DNA from: Candidatus Micrarchaeota archaeon CG10_big_fil_rev_8_21_14_0_10_45_29
GTDB taxonomy: Archaea; Micrarchaeota; Micrarchaeia; Anstonellales; Anstonellaceae
Assembly: GCA_002778455.1 (NCBI GenBank)
Contig: PFCD01000001.1
Location: forward strand, 53,445 to 117,444
Direction: 5' to 3'
DNA: 64,000 nt
Position 1 is the stretch's first letter. Every line of letters begins with the position of its first letter. The notes beneath the pieces were generated by a model. It made no database searches. It saw only the letters and a list, made by a program, of their open reading frames with translations, and was not told the DNA's origin. The translations under genes and the position numbers were made by a program. This document shows, piece by piece, positions 56,366 to 64,000 of the stretch.

Positions 56366-56435
56366 AAATTCTTTTTTAGCGAAAGCGCCATTGCAAAAAA
56401 CTCATCTTAATTAACCCCGCCTTCCCTCTCTTTTT

Positions 56436-57101
56436 ATGAAAAACTTCAAGGAAGCAAAAGCAATCCTCTTTGACATAGACGACACGCTTTTCCCCTCCTC
56501 GCGCTTCTCCTCTTTGGCAAGAAAAAAAGCAATTAACGCGATGATTAAGGCAGGCATGAGTGCAACTTATGCAAACGCATCTGCCGCCCTCTTAAAAATA
56601 ATAAAAAAGCATGGCTCAAATTCCCCGCATCACTTTGATTTTTTGGCAAAAAAATTTAAATGCAAAAATAAAGCCCGCTGCATCGCGGCTGGGGTGCATG
56701 CATACCATTGCGCCAAATCCTCATTTCATCCGTTTCCAGGCACTAAAAAAACCCTCTCTCTTTTGCGCAAAAAATACATAATATGCGCCGCATCCGAAGG
56801 AAAAGCGCTAAAGCAATGGGATAAATTAATACGCCTGCGCCTTGAGGCCCTTTTCTTGCAAGTATTTGTAAGCGAATTGCGCCACGGGGGCAAAACCCCT
56901 GCTTTTTACAAAAAAATATCAAAAAAGCTCAAAATTCCCCCCAAAAAAATAATAATGTTAGGAAACAGCCCGCAAAAAGACATTCGCGCCGCCAAGGCGG
57001 CAGGCATGATAACAATTCACATCTTGCATGGAAAAAATAAGCAAAAATGCGGCTCAAACGCAAGAATTTCAAAAATTTCCCAATTAAGCCGCCTTCTCTA
57101 A
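56436..57101 (+). CDS. HAD-superfamily hydrolase
   Basis: ILFDIDDTL motif I, KQWDKLIRL, K.P..Y, MLGN...KDI..AK.AGM. Confidence 0.9.
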   Translation: MKNFKEAKAILFDIDDTLFPSSRFSSLARKKAINAMIKAGMSATYANASAALLKIIKKHGSNSPHHFDFLAKKFKCKNKARCIAAGVHAYHCAKSSFHPFPGTKKTLSLLRKKYIICAASEGKALKQWDKLIRLRLEALFLQVFVSELRHGGKTPAFYKKISKKLKIPPKKIIMLGNSPQKDIRAAKAAGMITIHILHGKNKQKCGSNARISKISQLSRLL

Positions 57102-57216
57102 ACCGCCTTGCCAAAAATCGGCTCCATGTTTTATGCCAAAATACGCCCCCTGCCTCTACTCGCGCCTTTATTAATCTCATTTTCTATATTATATTATCAT
57201 TTTTTGAGGTTATATC

Positions 57217-58176
57217 ATGTCTGTTGTAAGCGACACTTTAAGCAAAGATTTATCAAATGAAGGCGAGGAGAGGGAAAAAATAATAAAAAACTTCTGCGCG
57301 GCCGGAAAAATTGCAGAGGAAATAAGAAAAGACGCCCAAAGCCTAGTGCTTCCCGGCGAATCTCTTTTTGATATTGCAGAAACAATAGAGAAAATGATAT
57401 TTGATGCAAAGGCAGTTCCCGCCTTTCCCACAAACATCTCAATAAACGAATTGGCAGCCCATTACACCCCAAAAATAGGGGACGAATCCCTTATAGGCGA
57501 AACCGATGTTGTAAAAATAGACTTTGGGGTTGCGGTGGATGGGTGCATAGCAGACAATGCATTTACAGTAGATCTCTCGGGGGAGAACGGAAAGCTTTTG
57601 GAAGCTGCCAAATCCGCACTTGATGATGCTGTAGCATCCATAAGGCCCGGAGTTGGAAACGGGGAAATCGGCAAAATAGTTGAGGACAAAATAAAATCCT
57701 ATGGCTTCAAGCCGATAGACAATTTGACCGGGCACATGATAGAGCCATATAATTTGCACGCAGGGGTGGATATTCCCAACGTGGCAATGGATTCAGATTA
57801 CCAATTCAAGGAAGGCGACATATTTGCAATAGAGCCTTTTGCCACCTCGGGAGAGGGGCATGTTGTTGATACTGCAGACATAGAAATATTTAGCGTAGTA
57901 TCTGACGGCAAAATAAGAATGCGCTCATCGCGCGAGCTTCTCCTGAAGCTTGTAAACAAATATGTGACGCTCCCCTTTGCAAAGCGCTGGCTGGTAAATG
58001 AGATAAAAAGCAAGCTTGTGCTCTCCGCCTCCTTGCGCGAGCTTTTCAATGCCGGATGCATCCACCCCTACCCGGTATTGCGGGAGGCGAAAAAAGGGCT
58101 TGTCTCCCAATTTGAGCACACTGTTATAGTGGAAAAAGACGGCGTAAAAATAATTGACGGGGAAATAAAATTCTAA
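57217..58176 (+). CDS. map: Methionine aminopeptidase type II
   Basis: AFPTNISINE.AAHYTP, KIDFGV.VDG.IAD.A, NLTGH, AIEPFAT, QFEHT. Confidence 0.97.
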   Translation: MSVVSDTLSKDLSNEGEEREKIIKNFCAAGKIAEEIRKDAQSLVLPGESLFDIAETIEKMIFDAKAVPAFPTNISINELAAHYTPKIGDESLIGETDVVKIDFGVAVDGCIADNAFTVDLSGENGKLLEAAKSALDDAVASIRPGVGNGEIGKIVEDKIKSYGFKPIDNLTGHMIEPYNLHAGVDIPNVAMDSDYQFKEGDIFAIEPFATSGEGHVVDTADIEIFSVVSDGKIRMRSSRELLLKLVNKYVTLPFAKRWLVNEIKSKLVLSASLRELFNAGCIHPYPVLREAKKGLVSQFEHTVIVEKDGVKIIDGEIKF

Positions 58177-58185
58177 GGGATAAAA

Positions 58186-58836
58186 ATGGGGGAAAATTTG
58201 TCCCAAAAAAAGGCACGCTCCAAAAAAATAATTTCTCTCTTAAAAAAAGAATACAAGGGCGCCTGGACAACTCTCAATTACTCCACTCCTTTCCAGCTTC
58301 TTATTGCAACAATACTCTCTGCGCAATGCACCGACGCGCGCATAAACAAGATAACTCCCGCGCTTTTTGCAAAATTTCCCGACGCAAAATCCCTTGCCGC
58401 GGCGCCCCTTCCCGAAATAGAATCCCTTATCCGCCCTTCCGGCTTTTATAAAAATAAGGCAAAAAACATCAAAAAAACCGCCCAAATACTTTATGAAAAG
58501 CACGGAGGAAAAGTGCCCAACACAATGGAACATCTTCTTGAATTGGCAGGAGTTGCGCGAAAAACCGCCAATATAGTGCTTTTTCACGCTTTCTCAAAAA
58601 GCGAAGGGATAGCGGTAGACACCCATTGCATGCGCCTCTCGCACCGCCTCGGCTTCACCTCAACGCGGCGCAACCAGCAAAAAATAGAAAAAGAGCTTAT
58701 GGCTCTTTTGGAAAAAAACGAGTGGGGCATGTATACAAACTGGATGGTATTGCACGGGAGAAAATATTGCACCGCCCGCTCGCCAAAATGCGGCAAATGC
58801 CCCCTGCGCTTTCTTTGCCCGAAAAAAGGGGTTTGA
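58186..58836 (+). CDS. nth: Endonuclease III
   Basis: LLIATILSAQCTD, HhH LAGVARKTAN, AVDTH, C-x6-C-x2-C-x5-C [4Fe-4S] motif. Confidence 0.96.
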   Translation: MGENLSQKKARSKKIISLLKKEYKGAWTTLNYSTPFQLLIATILSAQCTDARINKITPALFAKFPDAKSLAAAPLPEIESLIRPSGFYKNKAKNIKKTAQILYEKHGGKVPNTMEHLLELAGVARKTANIVLFHAFSKSEGIAVDTHCMRLSHRLGFTSTRRNQQKIEKELMALLEKNEWGMYTNWMVLHGRKYCTARSPKCGKCPLRFLCPKKGV

Positions 58837-58958
58837 AAAGCAGAATTTTTCCCTTTTTGGCGGAATTTCGGCCCATAGATAGCTTTTTATATACCTCCAC
58901 TAATAGTTAATTGAAACTTATTTTGCAGATAGGAAAATAAGTCAAAGAGGTAAGTGAA

Positions 58959-59294
58959 ATGAGCAAGAAACTTTTCGTAGGAAACCTTCCTTACAGTATG
59001 ACTAAGGAAGAGATGGTAGCATTGTTTGCCGACTATGGTCAAATAGACGACGCAGTGCTTATCATGGACAGAATGAGCGGCCGCTCAAAGGGCTTTGGCT
59101 TTGTAACCGTTGCAGATGATGCAATGGCAGACAAGGCAATCGCAGAGCTAAACGGCAGAGAAATGGAGAACAACATGCAGTTAAAGGTTGACGTTGCCAA
59201 GCCCATGGGCGAGAGGCCACCGCGCAGAGGCGGCTTTGGAGGCGGCGGAGGCCGAAGAGAAGGCGGATTTAGCAGGCGCGACGACGACTATTAA
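58959..59294 (+). CDS. RRM RNA-binding protein with Gly/Arg-rich tail
   Basis: RNP2 LFVGNL and RNP1 KGFGFV. Confidence 0.94.
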   Translation: MSKKLFVGNLPYSMTKEEMVALFADYGQIDDAVLIMDRMSGRSKGFGFVTVADDAMADKAIAELNGREMENNMQLKVDVAKPMGERPPRRGGFGGGGGRREGGFSRRDDDY

Positions 59295-59346
59295 TCCGTT
59301 TTTAAAAGCTAGTTTTTCTTTTTCTTATTTTTTATTTTTTTTAACT

Positions 59347-59760
59347 TTAAGTGCAGTCAGGCAAAATATTTGCATCAAGCTTTTTTCCAATGCTTTTTTT
59401 CCAAAAATACACCGAAGTGAGAGGAACTCCGAGCTTTTTTGCCACAAGCTTTGCCCTCTTTCCCTCCATAAGCATTTTTTGCGCGCTTTTTCTAACATCT
59501 CCCCCAAACCTGCTTTTTCTTCCCGCGCGCCTCTCTATGCAAATTACCCGCACGCCCGCGCTTTCCACCGCCCGCACCACTTTCTTTGGCACGGTTGCAA
59601 AAATCCCTTTGCTCATATAAATATTTTTCACGCGTGTATTTTCCAAAAGAGAGAGAAAAATAGTTTTTGATGGCTTTGTTTTTATCCTCACTTCCCCCTC
59701 GCCCGCATGCGCCGCAATTTCGCGCATCATTTTCCCCCTCGCCCCTTCAAGCTCCCACAT
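59347..59760 (-). CDS. Hypothetical protein with C-terminal HTH
   Basis: AKLVAKKLGVPLTSVYFWKK resembles an HTH; co-oriented directly after the DUF530-like gene. Confidence 0.65.
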   Translation of the reverse strand: MWELEGARGKMMREIAAHAGEGEVRIKTKPSKTIFLSLLENTRVKNIYMSKGIFATVPKKVVRAVESAGVRVICIERRAGRKSRFGGDVRKSAQKMLMEGKRAKLVAKKLGVPLTSVYFWKKSIGKKLDANILPDCT

Positions 59761-59764
59761 AAAT

Positions 59765-61084
59765 TTACTCCTTTAAATTCTTTAGGAATTTCGCGCCCCT
59801 TCCATGGGGCTTTTCAATAAGCGATTTCACTATCCCGATAGCGCCCTCCACTTCCTCTTTTGGCACATTAAACTCTTTAGCAGCAAAAGAGGCACCCACT
59901 CCCTCTTTTATGCACACCAGCGCGGGCCCCCATGCGGCAGATGAGAGTGGCGGGGCATTCTCCTCCATTTTAATTTTATGCCATATGGTTTTTGCAGGGT
60001 GCGCTATGGCATACTCCGGCGGCACCAAATCCTCCATAATAGAGAGGTGCGCCTCATCAGGCTCTGCCAGCACCGAAGGAAGGGCAGAATATGCCTTTCT
60101 TGCAGCCTCATGCATGCAAACATAATACCATGAGAGAATTTTATACACAAAAAAAGCCGCCATCTGCATGCTGTCTTTTCTTTTTTGCGCGCGCCTTCTG
60201 TGAAGCAGCGCCTCAAATTCCGCATCCATTATCATGTCGGCGCCGATTTTTTGCACAAAGCCCTCCTTTTGCATCCTTTTTTTCACATTTTCAAACCTGT
60301 CTGCATGAGTTATCGTGCAATCGGCGCAAAGCCCCTCCTCCCGCAATATTTGGTTATATTTTGCAAGAGCTTTGTTTTCCCTCTCCTCTCTCAACGCCTC
60401 TTTTTGCGCCTTTTTAGAGGCATAAATGCAGGCGGCGCTAAAAAGCGCAACCTTTGTAGAATAATTTTTTATAAGCCCTGCCGCCTTTCGCATAAGCTGC
60501 ACATCTTTTACTTTTGCGCTTTTGCCAAACATTTTCTCAATTGTTTGCGCGGCATTTTTGCTTGCATCAATTTGCACCGTTCTCTCAACTTCCTCTCCAT
60601 CATGCATAAGAGAAATCAGAGCCGATGCGCTTTTCATGGGATACCTTTTTTGCTCAAAGCGCGAGAGCAGGGATTTATACCCGTCTGCGGCATACTCTCC
60701 CTCCTTTGTTAGCATTTTGCGATATTCCCCTCCGTAGGGAAGAAATTCTTTCATTTCATCCAAATTCGCATCTTCAAGCGCTTGTGCCATTTTATGCGCC
60801 GCAATTGCAACCCTTACCCTGTTTAAGGTGAATTTTTTCAGCTTTGCAACATACCTCATATAAGAGGCATGCTTTTTCTGGTCAGCCACCTCGTCAGCTC
60901 CCGGCTTCTGCGCCTCCTTTGCAGATGCCATAAGCGCCCCAAAGGGCGCATTAAAGCCGTTTGCAATCATGCGCGCCTTAAATTCATTTAATTTTTCCAG
61001 CCTGTTTGCAGCATCTCCCCTCTCCGCGCTAACCGAATCAAGGAAATTATTTGCATCAGAGACAAGGTGCAATGATTCTGACAT
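59765..61084 (-). CDS. Conserved archaeal protein, DUF530-like
   Basis: NNFLD, GFNAPF, KKFTLNRVRVAIAAHK, LPYGG.Y; family recalled from memory, not searched. Confidence 0.6.
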   Translation of the reverse strand: MSESLHLVSDANNFLDSVSAERGDAANRLEKLNEFKARMIANGFNAPFGALMASAKEAQKPGADEVADQKKHASYMRYVAKLKKFTLNRVRVAIAAHKMAQALEDANLDEMKEFLPYGGEYRKMLTKEGEYAADGYKSLLSRFEQKRYPMKSASALISLMHDGEEVERTVQIDASKNAAQTIEKMFGKSAKVKDVQLMRKAAGLIKNYSTKVALFSAACIYASKKAQKEALREERENKALAKYNQILREEGLCADCTITHADRFENVKKRMQKEGFVQKIGADMIMDAEFEALLHRRRAQKRKDSMQMAAFFVYKILSWYYVCMHEAARKAYSALPSVLAEPDEAHLSIMEDLVPPEYAIAHPAKTIWHKIKMEENAPPLSSAAWGPALVCIKEGVGASFAAKEFNVPKEEVEGAIGIVKSLIEKPHGRGAKFLKNLKE

Positions 61085-61141
61085 AAGCAAAAATAGGGAT
61101 AGAATGAATAAAAAGGGAGGGGAAAGGAAATAAAAAAGATT

Positions 61142-62263
61142 TCAAGGCAAAAACTTCTTTGCTTCCATTTTCTCTTTCAAGTATTTGCCGACGAATGAGA
61201 GAGAGGGCCCCTGCAAAGCATCCTGCTCCAGCTTTTTCTTGGTTTTTAGCACAACTTTTAATTCCTCAACCCATTCCGGGTGCCTTGCAATCCATTCATA
61301 ATTCATCATTTCCTCGGCTCTTTTCAAATCAACTTCTTTTGCCTTAATAGTCATCTGCCCCAAAAACTCATAATCCTTAATGTCCCGCATCGTCACCCCG
61401 ACAAATTTTGCCGAAGGGGTGGCAATATCATTTGCCAAATAAGCCAAATTCATAGAGCCGGTCTTTATTGTCCAGTAAATATACCATCCCCACGCGTCGC
61501 AGTCTGTAAACACTATTACAGGCAATTTTTTTGCAGCCAATTTTGAAATAAGCCTTCTGCAGCCGCGCGATGCCTGCCCCTTGGGAGTAATTAAAATGCA
61601 ATTCTCCTTTTTCCAGAATTTATCCTCATTAAGCCTCTGCCACATAGCGTCTTTCTCCACTACTAAAACATAATCAGCATCCAAATCCTCAATTTCCATC
61701 CCATTATCAACGTCAGATGGCACCATCCAGCCGCTTCTTCCCTGCTTGCGGCAGTCTATGCGCGTCTCCTCCCCCCCAAATTTGTCCCTTAGTATAAGCG
61801 GGCCTGCCACAACCCCCTTTCTATCTGTATTTAAATTCAAATCCTCTCTTTTTACATCCAAAGAAACTTCCAAATCCTCTATAAGCGGGTTTGATTCGCT
61901 CTGCTCTGAAAATAATTCCTCATCCAAATTTTCCCCCAAAGAGAATTTAAGCTGGTAAAAAAGACCTCTGATGGAAGTATGCGCATCCTCTTTTAGAAAT
62001 TTCTTGCACTTATTCGCAATCGCAACAGTCTGCATGAATTTGCGCGCCTGCCCCACATTAACAAAGCTTCGCGTCTCATTCTTCTCCCCCAAATGCAAAC
62101 ATCCAAGCTTTTCATCATAATGCACGTTTCCCTTGCTTCTCAAAGGGGTTTGAAAAGAGGGGGTTTTTCGCGCGTCTATCTCACGAATCATTCCTTGCCC
62201 AAGCTCTTCAAGCTTTTTTATGACAACCCCTGATTCTTGCCGCCCTTTTGCTCTCTTAACCAT
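61142..62263 (-). CDS. top6A: DNA topoisomerase VI subunit A
   Basis: SIRGLFY (catalytic Tyr), QSES..IEDLE, VVEKDA..RL, KGQ, FTDCDAWG (TOPRIM). Confidence 0.96.
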   Translation of the reverse strand: MVKRAKGRQESGVVIKKLEELGQGMIREIDARKTPSFQTPLRSKGNVHYDEKLGCLHLGEKNETRSFVNVGQARKFMQTVAIANKCKKFLKEDAHTSIRGLFYQLKFSLGENLDEELFSEQSESNPLIEDLEVSLDVKREDLNLNTDRKGVVAGPLILRDKFGGEETRIDCRKQGRSGWMVPSDVDNGMEIEDLDADYVLVVEKDAMWQRLNEDKFWKKENCILITPKGQASRGCRRLISKLAAKKLPVIVFTDCDAWGWYIYWTIKTGSMNLAYLANDIATPSAKFVGVTMRDIKDYEFLGQMTIKAKEVDLKRAEEMMNYEWIARHPEWVEELKVVLKTKKKLEQDALQGPSLSFVGKYLKEKMEAKKFLP

Positions 62264-62272
62264 AAAATCAAC

Positions 62273-63874
62273 TCAAGCATCCTCTCCCATTATATGGGAT
62301 TTATACTTTGTTTCAATCAAATTCTGCAATTTTGCATTAACTTCATCCGCCTTTCCTTTTCCCGCAAGGTCTACAACGTCTTTTGAGAGCTGCTGCACAT
62401 ACCTTAATATCGCGCTTCTTCTGAGCTCCTGATCCCTCTCTTTGTTTATGCCTGAGAGGTGAAGCTGCAACCGCCTTGCCGCCTCCATTACCGCATTTTT
62501 TATTTCCTGATACACTTCCTCCTCCTGCGAGAGAGCCTGCTTTCCTGCGGATGTGTATGGCACATGCACTGATGCAACATTTACAAAAACGCTAATTGCC
62601 TCCTCCTCAAAATTTTTCATTTTATACCTTTTCCAGTCAACATCTTTTACTGCCTGCGTAATAGAGCATCCTGAAGTGTCAAATAAAAGCGGCGCCGCAT
62701 TTGCATAGCGTATAATATCCGAGCCAATTTCATTTGTAGAGCTTCTTCTCCCTGCCTGCCCTCCCCACGCAATAGCAGCTTCCACAAGAAAAGGTATTCC
62801 TCCTTTGTAAATTTTAGGGGGCCTCTCTGTAACCGCAATAAATTCAGGCGCAAGTATGTTTGCAAGCGATGCCTGTATCTGCTCGGCGCCTATGGGGCGG
62901 ATGCAATCCGCAGCCGGAGCAATCCATTTCACCATCGCAAACGCCTTTATGAGCGCCTCTCCCTCGCCCCATGTCATTTCAGGGGGCTTTTTCTCAAAAT
63001 CAATGGGCGCAAGCCCCTCTGTCCTGCCATCAAGCAACCCTTTTAGCTCATCCACCCTTGCAGAAGAAACCCTCTGAAACCCTGACTGCAAAAACTTTGA
63101 TATGCTTCTTGACTTTGCGTCCCTGTGCGCCATTTCCACAATATCGCTAACCCCAAGCCCGAGGGGGTGGGGAAGCACTTCTTTCGGCTTTGCAGGAACA
63201 ATTTCCGAAGAGCGCGTATAAGTGGTAGTTTCCCCGCTTGGCTCTGTTAATGAAATAGTTACATGCGGGTTTGCAAGCGCAATTCTCTTTATATATTCCG
63301 AGGGGCTTTGCGCAGAGCGCTCATATTTGCACTCTCCAAATTCGCCTTCAATAAAAAGCCCGTGCGCTTTTTGCGGATTTTCCTCCTCAATTTCATCAGT
63401 TATGTCCGGGCTGTTTGTTTTTATGTCAACCCCTACCTTGCACATTAAGCGCTTATCCCTGTATTCTGATACCACTTTTACCGGCTTTCCTGTAGTAATT
63501 TGCGCAAACATGGTGCATCCGGCGGCGCCTATTCCCTGCTGCCCCCTCTGCTGCGCATATCTGTGAAATTTTGTGCCTGCAAGCATCTGCCCCAATGCTT
63601 TTCCGAGGTGCTTTTTTGGAATTCCTGGCCCATTATCCTGTATTGCAACCGTATACCTCTCATTTTTGCTAATTTCTGCTATTCTTACAGTAATTTCAGG
63701 CAATATGCCCCCCTCCTCGCAAGCGTCAATTGAATTTGTCACATATTCATGCACAATCGTGGTAAGTGAGCGCACTTTCCCCGCAAAGCCGAGCATTTGC
63801 TTGTTTTTCTTAAAAAACTCTGCAACAGAGTGCTCCTTGAAGTTGGTAAATATTTTGTCTGTTTTGTCAGCCAT
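62273..63874 (-). CDS. top6B: DNA topoisomerase VI subunit B
   Basis: SVAEFF.KN.QMLGF, EYVTNSIDACEE, DNGPGI, RGQQGIG, VPYTSAGKQ; start taken at ATG 63874. Confidence 0.96.
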   Translation of the reverse strand: MADKTDKIFTNFKEHSVAEFFKKNKQMLGFAGKVRSLTTIVHEYVTNSIDACEEGGILPEITVRIAEISKNERYTVAIQDNGPGIPKKHLGKALGQMLAGTKFHRYAQQRGQQGIGAAGCTMFAQITTGKPVKVVSEYRDKRLMCKVGVDIKTNSPDITDEIEEENPQKAHGLFIEGEFGECKYERSAQSPSEYIKRIALANPHVTISLTEPSGETTTYTRSSEIVPAKPKEVLPHPLGLGVSDIVEMAHRDAKSRSISKFLQSGFQRVSSARVDELKGLLDGRTEGLAPIDFEKKPPEMTWGEGEALIKAFAMVKWIAPAADCIRPIGAEQIQASLANILAPEFIAVTERPPKIYKGGIPFLVEAAIAWGGQAGRRSSTNEIGSDIIRYANAAPLLFDTSGCSITQAVKDVDWKRYKMKNFEEEAISVFVNVASVHVPYTSAGKQALSQEEEVYQEIKNAVMEAARRLQLHLSGINKERDQELRRSAILRYVQQLSKDVVDLAGKGKADEVNAKLQNLIETKYKSHIMGEDA

Positions 63875-64000
63875 TAAAATCACATTGCTTTTTTTGGTCG
63901 CATTTTTGTTTTTGTAGATAGAATTTAAGAAGCAATAGGGAAGATAGTTGCAATTAGTTGAACACATTATACACGTTTTTACACCACCAATACCCTTAAA

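Noticed and set aside
56226-56435. tRNA or other known RNA gene in GC-rich intergenic segments (also 46244-46355 and 18674-18797)
   Set aside because: No cloverleaf, T-loop GTTCRA or SRP/RNase P hallmark could be identified by eye.
61142-63874. Inteins in top6A/top6B or the ATPases
   Set aside because: Protein lengths are normal and no C/S...HN-C/S/T splice motifs or LAGLIDADG blocks were seen.

Overview
Gene-dense archaeal chromosomal window, most consistent with a DPANN archaeon such as Micrarchaeota. This is inferred from the archaeal r-proteins uL1/uL10/P1-P2, uS15 and eS1, topoisomerase VI A/B, aNAC, type II MetAP, a class III signal-peptide pilin, TATA-type promoters and overlapping genes. 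Housekeeping content includes valS, uppS, two purP-like genes, a kbl/bioF-type PLP enzyme, msrB, rdgB, nth, map and top6AB. Two type IV pilus/T2SS-like loci are present (1-5652 and 19497-23048). I saw no rRNA, tRNA, CRISPR array, integrase, transposase or reverse transcriptase. Four things stand out. (1) A 2182-aa modular protein with a clan CD-like His/Cys peptidase motif, a histidine-kinase-like module and a PI3K/PI4K/HipA-like kinase motif. Its modules are delimited by four PVGG(T/V)A linkers that are also pairwise 18-20 bp DNA direct repeats. (2) A ~10.5 kb locus of eight Cys-rich paralogs (six A+B domain pairs, split or fused), headed by hicBA, with an embedded HTH regulator, a perfect 18-bp palindrome and a 94-bp identical gene tail. 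(3) Two unlinked small inserts that sit between duplicated gene starts (38 and 71 bp), share a 5' GAAAC..GC..AGGGGGG/CCCCCCT motif and, in one case, carry four covarying hairpins. (4) A probable permuted uL1 autoregulatory RNA site over the rpl1 Shine-Dalgarno. All family calls come from motif recognition by eye; no database search was run.
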